A DNA stretch of 60,568 nt, from the IMG/VR virus record IMGVR_UViG_3300030060_006589, positions 1 to 60,568 of that record. The stretch is one strand, 5' to 3'. Source of the stretch: a virus. Taxonomy: Duplodnaviria; Caudoviricetes. The translations under genes were made by a program, and so were the position numbers. The notes beneath the pieces were generated by a model. The model made no database searches. It was not told where the DNA came from and saw only the letters and a program-made list of their open reading frames with translations. Of the stretch, positions 1 to 8,773 are shown in pieces; position 1 is the first letter of the stretch; each line of letters opens with the position of its first letter.

Positions 1-1174
1 TCCACCCCGCAGACTCTATATTATTTATGTATTCTGTTATATATAACTCACCTTGATCAGACTGCCCCGTGATAGACCAATCTGTTGAATTATTTATTGC
101 ATCAGGCTCATTAGCATATCCTATTCCATCATCAACATCAGTTACTGATGGATTAAAAAAACGTGCAATTTCTCCTAGCGAGTTGTCAGTAAATAATGAT
201 CCTGTTATATTATCAGTTACCCCTGTATAAATAGGCTGTTCACTTGATGATCTTTTTATATCTACATAGAATAATCCTTCCTCATTCCCTAGTCCATCAG
301 TTGAATAGGCTCCTTCAAACAAAAGAGCATATGCCCAAACTTGACCAGGTGTATATTCTGGATGACTTGTTATATTGTTCAGGGCACCTTCACCGAAAAA
401 AAACTCATTGTTAAAATATGGACTATTATTATCTATAACAGTTACAGTTAATCCTAAAGCAGCTATATTAGCAGAATTTGCATTAACCCAAAAAGTTAGA
501 TAATTATACATGTCTGTAACTGTCTCTCCATTGTATGATATTTGAAAATTGTTAATAGGATCTTGCATTTCATTTAAAGAAAACCCTATAGATATATCAA
601 AAGTTAATAAACACGTATGTGGACGACCCAAGAGCTGGTAGGTTGAGTTTGGAGAAGAAGGAGCACAGGGTAGATCTCCAGCAACACTACTAAGTTCACC
701 TGTTGCGTAACGTTCTGGATAAGGATAAATTGTTTGCTCTTCATATATATCATATCCTAAAATATTTCCATTTATATCAACAGCAGGTGTTGTATCTATA
801 TACGTGAAAGGATCATTACAATCCCTCTCATGCCCATCAAAGTTTTCTACTACAACAGCTTGACCTATACCATCTGGATATTCCGTAGTAATGAAACTAG
901 GATCAAATAGTGAATATCCCCCATTATTAAACCAATAATTAAACCAAGGCATAAAAAGAGTTATTCTTCTTTTACCAGAGGTGGGAGGAACTGGAAAGTT
1001 GTAATTAACCTTTTTGTTTCCCTTTATATTTTCTATAACTCCCTCTGTATTAGCTTCTGAGGAAACGTTTCTTATATTTAAACCGTGGTGATAATCACCA
1101 TTCTTTAAAGCTCTAAGGTCAGTGTCCCTATCTAATCCACCGACAAATATTTTTTTAGACTGTGTACTAGGCAT
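1..1174 (-). CDS. Tail stabilisation/muzzle protein (P22 gp10-like, crAss-type), N-terminal part, runs off the left edge
   Basis: Not in the ORF track. ATG at 1174 reads MPSTQSKKIFVGGLDRDTDLRALKNGDYHHGLNIRNVSSEANTEGVIENIKGN, and I found no stop before base 1. The GGLDxD...GDYxxGLNIR...GVIENIKGN start is typical of these proteins. It follows the ring-protein genes. Confidence 0.75.
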   Translation of the reverse strand, partial: MPSTQSKKIFVGGLDRDTDLRALKNGDYHHGLNIRNVSSEANTEGVIENIKGNKKVNYNFPVPPTSGKRRITLFMPWFNYWFNNGGYSLFDPSFITTEYPDGIGQAVVVENFDGHERDCNDPFTYIDTTPAVDINGNILGYDIYEEQTIYPYPERYATGELSSVAGDLPCAPSSPNSTYQLLGRPHTCLLTFDISIGFSLNEMQDPINNFQISYNGETVTDMYNYLTFWVNANSANIAALGLTVTVIDNNSPYFNNEFFFGEGALNNITSHPEYTPGQVWAYALLFEGAYSTDGLGNEEGLFYVDIKRSSSEQPIYTGVTDNITGSLFTDNSLGEIARFFNPSVTDVDDGIGYANEPDAINNSTDWSITGQSDQGELYITEYINNIESAGW

Positions 1175-1178
1175 TTAA

Positions 1179-1904
1179 TTATAGTTTAGGAGCCTGCTTG
1201 AAAGCTTTTCTTGTAGTCTGCATAGCTTCTTGCTTATTGAACGACTGCATTCTAGCTCTCGCAAGTCTCTTTTGATTATAGTATTCTTTTTTAGCTAACA
1301 TCTTTTCATTCATGTTAATAGCTCTCTTTCTGTATATTGACTTCCAGTATATATATGACTTTAAAGCTTCTTCAGCAAAAGAGTGTATCTTTATTTCATC
1401 ACCCTCTAAATCAGTAGATCCATCAGAAATATATTCTATAATAACAGTTCCTGTTACATTAGAAAATTCAATAGTCTCCTCATCAAAATTCTCTCTGTAA
1501 TATCCATTAGCGTTGTTTCCTCCCCCCTGACCATATCTACCCCACAATCCATCTCCAGGAGTGTTGTCAGTAAATACTGGGTGTTGAGTTTTGTCTTCTA
1601 CATTTGTAGATGTAGCACCATGAACTAGATTTATTCTATCTCTAGCTCCCAAATAGTTTAATTCACCATTATCTCCAGAAGTAGCTATCTTTATATATGA
1701 AACATAATCGCTAGGTAAGCTAACAGTATTTTTATGATCTATAGTAAGCTCTATTGTTTTTATCTGTCTTACAGTGTCAAAATTAAGCTCTTTAAGACCA
1801 CTCATAGCTATATTAAAATACCTTAAATATTCATTTTCACTAGACTTACCTTCCTCTACAAGAAGGTTTTGTATTGCTTCCTCAACTGATATAAACTGTG
1901 CCAT
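1179..1904 (-). CDS. Virion tail/neck ring-type structural protein
   Basis: 241 aa, LPSDYVSYIKI motif, located between the tail tubular genes and the stabilisation gene. Confidence 0.6.
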   Translation of the reverse strand: MAQFISVEEAIQNLLVEEGKSSENEYLRYFNIAMSGLKELNFDTVRQIKTIELTIDHKNTVSLPSDYVSYIKIATSGDNGELNYLGARDRINLVHGATSTNVEDKTQHPVFTDNTPGDGLWGRYGQGGGNNANGYYRENFDEETIEFSNVTGTVIIEYISDGSTDLEGDEIKIHSFAEEALKSYIYWKSIYRKRAINMNEKMLAKKEYYNQKRLARARMQSFNKQEAMQTTRKAFKQAPKL

Positions 1905-1906
1905 TA

Positions 1907-3613
1907 TTAATCTATGTTATCGTTAGTCATATCATCACTAGCATTTTTCATTATCGTTAGTAATTCAACTAAATTTCTTATTATTATTTTTTCATAATCT
2001 GATGGTATAGGATATAGTACATGGTCTGAAAAATTGGTAGATGTACCTATATATTGAACCTTAACTAATTGTCCCCATCTAAGTGTAAAACTATCTAAAT
2101 CATATTTTTTATAAAAATATATTCCTGTACCTCTAGCTGTGTCTCCTGGTTGTGTAGCACCCGTTCCAGGAACGGTATTAACTGTTGGATTTTGATTTTC
2201 CAGATAGTAATATTGTCTACCTGATTTTCTAACAGTTTTATCATAAAGAGGGCTGTGCTCACCTCCATTGGGCATTCTAGTAAATATAGTTGGTTTCCAC
2301 CCTTTACCTCGTCTACCTGATGGTAAACCTTGAGATGCACCACTACCAGCTACATCAAGCGTTAAAGAAAAAGCATTACCTGGAGTGAAAGGCTGTATGT
2401 TAGCCCCTCCCAACGGGTATATCTCTTCAAATTCCACAACATAACCTAAAATAGTCTGTGTTCCTGGAGATTCTCCTGGACCATATTCAACTGACTTTCT
2501 GAGTATTAGATTTTGATCTCTAGATAACTTGTAAGCATGTTCTTGAACGAATAAATCTACCATCTGCTCATTGTCAATAACAGCTTGAGTCTTGTGGTTA
2601 ATAAACTCAGACGTATACATAGTATCATTTATCATAAAACCTATACCATGTGCATTGTCATTAGCTGTAATTAGAGCTTCTGCTGAGTTTTCACTTCCAC
2701 CTTTATTTTGTATTATCCAACCAAGACCTATGTCATTCAATATTTCAGATGAAAAATTAAAAGATGCTCCACCGTACTCATTGTCTGCACCATCATCTAG
2801 TCCGTTATCTCCCACCCCATTAATAGTAAAGTTATCTATTCTAGATCCGTAGTTTGTTTCTAGTGAAATAGCAGCTGTTTGATATGTTCCTACTGCATTA
2901 TCAAAAGTAAAATTGCTTGTTCCAAGATCAGGTATTCCATACTCAATATCAAAGTCTTTAATAAACTTTTTAAATCCAGGACTGTTTGTGAGTGCTTTTA
3001 AGAACTCAACATTTCTTTTTTCAAAACTATCAAAACCTGAGGTATCAATATTAAATTGTATTTTATGGGTTCTAACTCCAGCATATTGATGTGTTTCTGT
3101 AACCCCACCACTGTTTAGTGTTTTTGTTATATGGAAATCAAAAGAAATAGTGTATTTTTTATCCAAAACCTTAGGTCCATATCTAAATAAAATCTCTATA
3201 TCAGAAGTGTTGTAGGTTGTAGGATTTATTTGACCATTTACTACATATCTAGTTTTTTGTTTCGATGGAACTCTTATATCTGTGCTTTCCACCCTTTGTA
3301 TACCCATATCATTAGGTAAGGAAACGTAACTAAAATCTATTGGAGCGAAAATAACACCGTTCTTAACCTCGTCTCTTAAAAGAGGTAATACAGCAGTAGA
3401 TATCCATCCACCATTTATTTCTAATTCACCTTTAGCTGTTGTTGTAGATTTAGTGTATGACCAGTCCATTATTTCAGACTTTATAAGAGCGTCTCTTTCT
3501 TGATCGACTAAAAGCATAACTTCTCTTATATCTATAGAGCTATCTTCTGTTGGATCCCCACCATTTACTATTCTTAATACTTGTTCCGCTATTTTATATT
3601 TTGTTGTTGCCAT
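1907..3613 (-). CDS. Virion tail ring-type protein with a large internal insertion
   Basis: 568 aa. Helical N-terminus and C-terminal YPIPSDYEKIII resemble ring proteins and flank a long beta-rich segment. Confidence 0.5.
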   Translation of the reverse strand: MATTKYKIAEQVLRIVNGGDPTEDSSIDIREVMLLVDQERDALIKSEIMDWSYTKSTTTAKGELEINGGWISTAVLPLLRDEVKNGVIFAPIDFSYVSLPNDMGIQRVESTDIRVPSKQKTRYVVNGQINPTTYNTSDIEILFRYGPKVLDKKYTISFDFHITKTLNSGGVTETHQYAGVRTHKIQFNIDTSGFDSFEKRNVEFLKALTNSPGFKKFIKDFDIEYGIPDLGTSNFTFDNAVGTYQTAAISLETNYGSRIDNFTINGVGDNGLDDGADNEYGGASFNFSSEILNDIGLGWIIQNKGGSENSAEALITANDNAHGIGFMINDTMYTSEFINHKTQAVIDNEQMVDLFVQEHAYKLSRDQNLILRKSVEYGPGESPGTQTILGYVVEFEEIYPLGGANIQPFTPGNAFSLTLDVAGSGASQGLPSGRRGKGWKPTIFTRMPNGGEHSPLYDKTVRKSGRQYYYLENQNPTVNTVPGTGATQPGDTARGTGIYFYKKYDLDSFTLRWGQLVKVQYIGTSTNFSDHVLYPIPSDYEKIIIRNLVELLTIMKNASDDMTNDNID

Positions 3614-4551
3614 TATCTTCTTCTTCTTGGAGTTGGTGTAGATACTCTAGGTCTACCCGCAGATGGTGCAGGCACACTTTGTTCTTTAACTTTAGCTTCT
3701 GCGTAAGCCAGAGGCTCTTGATCCCTTAAGGATATACCTATATAAGAAAGCATTCTTTGAGCTATTTCCATATGAGTTTTAGTTGGTAAAGTTAGCTGAG
3801 TTGTGTTTGATGATGATGGATTATAAACATATTGATCATTAATTATTGTATATCCCCAGTGTGGTGCTGGCGGTTTACCTATGTAAACAAGAACGATTCC
3901 ATCGGTGTACTGACTTACTGTTTCATCTGTTATTTCTACAATTTCAGCAGCACCTCCCTGAATAGCTGATTGTGACTCATATCCATATATTTCAAATCCT
4001 CTATCAAACATTACAGCTACATAGTTGTGTTTATCAGGATAAAGGACCTCACTATGTAATCTATAGGATAATTGATCATGTGTAATAAGGTCTATCTTAC
4101 CCTTTATTAATTCTTTATTTTCACCCCTTTCAGTTTTATCACCTCCCTTATCATTAAGTGCTTCCTGTTCATAATAATAACCAGGCAACTCAACAGTACC
4201 TCTATAAAGTCTTAAGAAATGCAAATACTCCCCCTGTTCCTTTTTTGTTAGCTCATTAATTTCATTAATAGGATATTTCCAAACCCCGTAACCATTTTCA
4301 TCTGAATCATATGTTAGTTGCTCTTTCATAACTACACTTCTTATATCATCAAGAACAGAATGATTCTGAACCAAAACCCTGGAGCTTCTTCCAGCAGCCT
4401 CAGCCTCAGTCTTATATCTAGCCACCCTGTCGTGTATTAAGTCCAACTGAGCCTGTTGTGCTAAAATATCAAATTCTGAAGGTTTTATAAACCCTCTTTG
4501 CTCTTTGTTTGCTATAAGCTGTACAAACCTGTATAATTCATCTATCGTCAT
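3613..4551 (-). CDS. Tail tubular/head-tail connector ring protein (P22 gp4-like, crAss-type)
   Basis: MTIDELYRFVQLIANKEQRGFIKPSEFDILAQQAQ start, YIGKPPAPHWGY, and LSYIGISLRD near the end. Confidence 0.7.
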   Translation of the reverse strand: MTIDELYRFVQLIANKEQRGFIKPSEFDILAQQAQLDLIHDRVARYKTEAEAAGRSSRVLVQNHSVLDDIRSVVMKEQLTYDSDENGYGVWKYPINEINELTKKEQGEYLHFLRLYRGTVELPGYYYEQEALNDKGGDKTERGENKELIKGKIDLITHDQLSYRLHSEVLYPDKHNYVAVMFDRGFEIYGYESQSAIQGGAAEIVEITDETVSQYTDGIVLVYIGKPPAPHWGYTIINDQYVYNPSSSNTTQLTLPTKTHMEIAQRMLSYIGISLRDQEPLAYAEAKVKEQSVPAPSAGRPRVSTPTPRRRR

Positions 4552-4568
4552 TACTCGTTTATTTTAAA

Positions 4569-4576
4569 CAAATATA
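4569..4576 (-). promoter_or_regulatory. Bacteroidota sigma70-type -7 element (TATATTTG) upstream of the tail operon
   Basis: Exact TAnnTTTG match just downstream of a terminator and 17 nt before the ATG at 4551. Confidence 0.6.
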
Positions 4577-4578
4577 GC

Positions 4579-4614
4579 AAAAAAAAAGGAGGTAACAAAT
4601 CTGTAACCCCCTTT
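4579..4614 (-). terminator. Intrinsic terminator after the capsid operon
   Basis: Minus strand reads GGGGGTTACA-gatt-TGTTACCTCC followed by a T9 run. Confidence 0.75.
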
Positions 4615-4638
4615 AAATAGTATTATTAAATCTAATGA

Positions 4639-5535
4639 TTAATTCATAGATCCCATTTTTACTTTGATTTGGTCTATAATTCCACTTCCTCTGTCAGTCA
4701 TGCACATGTCTGCTAAGCAGTCTAAAGGCTTAACCCCTAAAGGAACATGAGTTATAACAGGACGTTGATTTCCTTGGACCCAAGTGATTTTTGAAGAGTC
4801 CCAATCTAATATACCAGCATCTTTACCTCTAAGTATAGTTTGTTTAATCTCCATTTTAGGATCATCTAGTCCAGCTATAAATTTAACAGGATCTTTTTCT
4901 GCCATAACTTTCATATCGTATCTTATCTCATCAGTAGATTTATCAATATTAATACCTAAAACCTGTGCATATCCCAACAATTTATTTAAAGGCATTTCAA
5001 ACACAGTTCTTAAAGCATCCATAGATTGAATTTCTTTTTCCATTTTTTCTTTAGCATCTTTTTCAAAATCTAATCTCTTAAATACGGGGGGTCCTTGAGA
5101 TATTCTATCAGGATTACTAGCGTTAGCATTACACATATCTAAATACTTCTTTAAAGTAGGATTGGTGTAATCAACCATTAATAAACCATTACTAAATGTT
5201 ATGGGAGATTTAACCATTGAGTCCTCTTTTTGTTCATCCTCAAATATAGAAGGCTCTCCAGGTATATATCTTATTTTTCTATTTATTCCCTTTTCTGAAT
5301 CATAAATAACGTCTTCTGCCTTTAACATGTGAACGATAGGGAATTTTGTCCTACCCGTTTTTCTATCTTTACGTTCTTTATATAATCTATATGTAGTTGG
5401 TTTTCTAGAATTTTTTTTACCTTGATTAAGGTTAGCAATACCATGGGTATTTGATTTAGTTGCTGTAGGAGTCTCAACAGTTTTCGTAACCACTGGCTCT
5501 ACAGTCTTTGTAGTTGTTGTTTTTTTCTTTGTCAT
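4639..5535 (-). CDS. Conserved phage morphogenesis-module protein
   Basis: 298 aa, directly downstream of the capsid genes, with RKIRYIPGEPSIFEDEQ. Function unknown. Confidence 0.5.
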   Translation of the reverse strand: MTKKKTTTTKTVEPVVTKTVETPTATKSNTHGIANLNQGKKNSRKPTTYRLYKERKDRKTGRTKFPIVHMLKAEDVIYDSEKGINRKIRYIPGEPSIFEDEQKEDSMVKSPITFSNGLLMVDYTNPTLKKYLDMCNANASNPDRISQGPPVFKRLDFEKDAKEKMEKEIQSMDALRTVFEMPLNKLLGYAQVLGINIDKSTDEIRYDMKVMAEKDPVKFIAGLDDPKMEIKQTILRGKDAGILDWDSSKITWVQGNQRPVITHVPLGVKPLDCLADMCMTDRGSGIIDQIKVKMGSMN

Positions 5536-5573
5536 TTCTAAAATTAAATTAAAATTATTATTAAGATACCTGT

Positions 5574-5597
5574 GGAGGGAGAAAAACTCCCCCTCCT
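5574..5597 (-). terminator. Stem-loop downstream of the capsid genes (terminator or attenuator)
   Basis: GGAGGGAG-aaaaa-CTCCCCTCC inverted repeat in the intergenic gap, without a strong U-tract. Confidence 0.45.
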
Positions 5598-5652
5598 TAG
5601 ATATGTTCTTTATACTGCCTGTATATCATTTCAAGACAGTTACTAATTAGAA

Positions 5653-6063
5653 TTAGTCAGCAGCCGCTATTTGATCTACAACATGGATTCCTGTAATATT
5701 GCTATCAACAGAAGCTCCAGTTACAGCATCATAAACAACGATAAAACCATTATCTCTTGCTATAGGCTCGTTAACAGCCTCAGCAATACTCATCATGATA
5801 TCTTTTGCGGTAAAATCACCACAATCCAATACCACAACATCTAAATGATCATCACCAGCATCTCCTTCAGCAGCAAATGCTTTTTTCATTGGCTTGAAAA
5901 ACAATGAGCATCTACCACTTGCACCAGTCACTGCACCAGCAGTTGATGAATCACCAACAACTAAGCCTTGAAAAGCACTAAGTGGGTACATAACTGAACC
6001 ATTAGCTGGGTCATCGTCATTAGCCAACGTACTGTCCTTTCTAAAATATAAATACTTTTCCAT
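5653..6063 (-). CDS. Probable capsid decoration/auxiliary virion protein
   Basis: 136 aa, Ala/Asp/Gly-rich, directly after the major capsid gene. Confidence 0.45.
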   Translation of the reverse strand: MEKYLYFRKDSTLANDDDPANGSVMYPLSAFQGLVVGDSSTAGAVTGASGRCSLFFKPMKKAFAAEGDAGDDHLDVVVLDCGDFTAKDIMMSIAEAVNEPIARDNGFIVVYDAVTGASVDSNITGIHVVDQIAAAD

Positions 6064-6090
6064 TTTATATAAAGTTTATAAGGTTAATAA

Positions 6091-7533
6091 TTAAGATTTC
6101 TTGATCAACATGTAACGGTTAGCCGCAAATCCTTCAAAACCTCTTTCACATCTGTAGTGCGATTGTAGCACGTCAGTTGTATTAGTTTTGTTTTGTAAGA
6201 CAGCAGAACCCGTTAACCAGTGCTCCATATCTCTCGAATAACCATTAGCCGCTTTATATCGTATTCTTAACGATGGAATACTTTCGCCAGACTTAGCATC
6301 TTTACGCATATCCATAGGAATGCAAACACCATATCCACCGTAGTTAAATCCAGTAGCACCTAATAATCTTGGGTGATTAAATAAATCATAAGTTTTCTTA
6401 TGGAATGTATAACCTCCTCTTGTGAAAGAATTAAACCCTAAGTTTAACGCCATGTTCTTGTTGTTTTGGAAAGTACCATAATTAGCACCACCAGCTGCAT
6501 AAGCACCTTGAGCAGCTAATAAATCATCTACATCTAAAGATAGATCGATACCAGCATACATAGCGTATTCTTTAGCTCCTCTATATTTATCTAATGATTT
6601 AATAACAGCATCAAAATCCGCCATTGTAATAGAAGCAGAACCTAAGTCCATAGACTGTCCATCTGTTTCTATCCAAGGAAGCAAACCTTGAGTTCCTCTT
6701 AATGTTGAGTTGTCTGTTTGATCACCACTTTTATAATGAACAGTCTCACCTAACAATGTAGAGTTGGTAATATCCTCACCTAACATCATCATAATCTCAG
6801 AGTAATCCATAAATCTCTTATAAGTATCTGATTCACCCTTTAAGTACCATACATATCCTGAGCCCATTTTTTCATTGTCAACTTTTACGTAAACAACGTT
6901 TGTAGCCTCAGAACCTGTTACTTCAAAAGATTCTTTTAAGATCATACACTTATTATTATATTCATGAATTAACGGAGATAAACTATCTGGCTGCTTACCA
7001 CCTTCTGGGTGAGCATTACCAATGATAGCAAATTCATATGCATCTGATGTTTTTACAACATTACCTCCATCAATAGAGTGAACTGTACATGTGTAGCCAG
7101 AACCTGTAGGGAAGTTTGATGAAGTAACATACCACATGTCACCATCTTTATCCCGTAAAATATCACCTGCTCTTACCGCAGCATACTCATCAGTTCCACC
7201 TGCAAAGTTTGCCTGGTATGAATCCGATGCTAGTGTTAGTGTTACCTCAGCAGAATTATTTACTGTTGTAGTTCCAAATGTTGCACTTACACTGTTGTGT
7301 CTGAACGCTTCTTCATAGTGTTCAAACGTTGTGTTAGAACTAGGAGCTTTTGAGCCCATTAGTTCCATAAGTCCCGTAATACCTTGTTCGCCATAACGCT
7401 TAACAAGTTTATCAGAGACATCTCTTTGACGTAAAGAGTTCGTAGTTAAGTTACTTACGTAGTTCTCGTTGGTTGCAACTTGAACCGCAGAAGGCTTAAT
7501 ATGAACTTGTCCGCCTAAACTTACTGTAGCCAT
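6091..7533 (-). CDS. Major capsid protein
   Basis: 480 aa, downstream of portal and scaffold. Motifs KRYGEQGITGLM, GTQGLL, LNLGFNSFTRGGYTFHK, LRIRYKA and HYRCERG match crAss-related Bacteroidota phage capsid proteins. Confidence 0.85.
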   Translation of the reverse strand: MATVSLGGQVHIKPSAVQVATNENYVSNLTTNSLRQRDVSDKLVKRYGEQGITGLMELMGSKAPSSNTTFEHYEEAFRHNSVSATFGTTTVNNSAEVTLTLASDSYQANFAGGTDEYAAVRAGDILRDKDGDMWYVTSSNFPTGSGYTCTVHSIDGGNVVKTSDAYEFAIIGNAHPEGGKQPDSLSPLIHEYNNKCMILKESFEVTGSEATNVVYVKVDNEKMGSGYVWYLKGESDTYKRFMDYSEIMMMLGEDITNSTLLGETVHYKSGDQTDNSTLRGTQGLLPWIETDGQSMDLGSASITMADFDAVIKSLDKYRGAKEYAMYAGIDLSLDVDDLLAAQGAYAAGGANYGTFQNNKNMALNLGFNSFTRGGYTFHKKTYDLFNHPRLLGATGFNYGGYGVCIPMDMRKDAKSGESIPSLRIRYKAANGYSRDMEHWLTGSAVLQNKTNTTDVLQSHYRCERGFEGFAANRYMLIKKS

Positions 7534-7566
7534 TTTTTAAAATTTTTTAACTATTAATTATTATTA

Positions 7567-8697
7567 TTATCTATTCCATATTGATCCTGTTCCATTCATC
7601 TGATCATCTAGTTCGTCTAAAATGTCTCTTTTACGTTCTGTATTTTGTCTAGGTTCGTTATTAAACGAAGGATTTTTAATATCCCTTACTACCTGCTCGG
7701 TTCCCTTTGACCTGTATTGATTAGCTACACTTCTTATTATATCTTGAAAATTTCTCAAAACAAACATATCAGTATTTAACTTATCAAAATTCCAGCCACC
7801 TTCTTCATCAACATATTGATTAAAGAAATCATTTAAGTTAGAATTTGCATCTACTAAATCACTCCTATGATCATCAGTTAAAGCGAATGTGAACTGTTCT
7901 CCAGAATCATTAATATCAAACGTTATAGACTCAACCTCACTAACCTCAGAAGACATATTATTAACCCAATCTTTCCTTACAGTTTCCTGCTCGGCTGAAT
8001 TATCATTACTTTCAACAGGCATTCTATATTTTTCCTGCATTTCCATAAGATTCTTCCTTGCGTCAGCAACATCCTTCTTTAGTTCAATTTTCCCAAGAGT
8101 TTTTTCACTATCACTGTATTTATCCTTGCCTAATTTGTATTTAGAGTCTATTAAAACATTTACTTCATCCATACTTAATTCTGGATTTTCTTGTTTTAAA
8201 GTTAGCCTCATAACATCTTCGTTAGACATTTTAGAATAATCAACAGCCTGAGTTCTGATATAGTCAGCTATAGACCTCCCTGTCTCACTTACAAAATTAT
8301 TCATCTTCTCTAACTGTTCGTTAGCAAAAGACGTTTTCTTAGTGGACAAAGCGTCACTAAAAGAATCAATAGAGTCAAATTCTTGTTTAAACTGTTCGTT
8401 TACGAATTTTAAAAACTCTTTTTTATTCTTTTCAATTACTTCAGCTTCTGTACCCTCCTGTTTAGGTTGATTACTAGATTCAGTATTTAAAGAACGATCA
8501 ACGTTATCTGATGATTCCGATACAGTCTCTTTTGGAGTCTCTACAGTTTCATCAGTTTTCTTTTCTGTTGTAGTTTCTGTTTGTGGTTCTGAACCTCCTG
8601 TTAAGTCTACAACTTCTTTTTGTAGCTCTTTAGGTTGCTCTTCTACAACACTACCACTTAGTTGTTCAGCGATTAAATCGCCCATTTCATCTGCCAT
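7567..8697 (-). CDS. Probable capsid scaffolding protein
   Basis: 376 aa, acidic, low-complexity N-terminus, helical, between portal and major capsid genes. Confidence 0.6.
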   Translation of the reverse strand: MADEMGDLIAEQLSGSVVEEQPKELQKEVVDLTGGSEPQTETTTEKKTDETVETPKETVSESSDNVDRSLNTESSNQPKQEGTEAEVIEKNKKEFLKFVNEQFKQEFDSIDSFSDALSTKKTSFANEQLEKMNNFVSETGRSIADYIRTQAVDYSKMSNEDVMRLTLKQENPELSMDEVNVLIDSKYKLGKDKYSDSEKTLGKIELKKDVADARKNLMEMQEKYRMPVESNDNSAEQETVRKDWVNNMSSEVSEVESITFDINDSGEQFTFALTDDHRSDLVDANSNLNDFFNQYVDEEGGWNFDKLNTDMFVLRNFQDIIRSVANQYRSKGTEQVVRDIKNPSFNNEPRQNTERKRDILDELDDQMNGTGSIWNR

Positions 8698-8726
8698 AAT
8701 AAATTAAATTAAATTAAACCTTGCTG

Positions 8727-8757
8727 CAAAAATATAACATTTACAGATATAATCAAA
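8727..8757 (-). promoter_or_regulatory. Bacteroidota sigma70-type promoter for the scaffold-capsid operon
   Basis: TTTG (8757-8754), 19 nt spacer, TATTTTTG (8734-8727). Confidence 0.7.
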
Positions 8758-8773
8758 TTATCTATAAGTTTTT

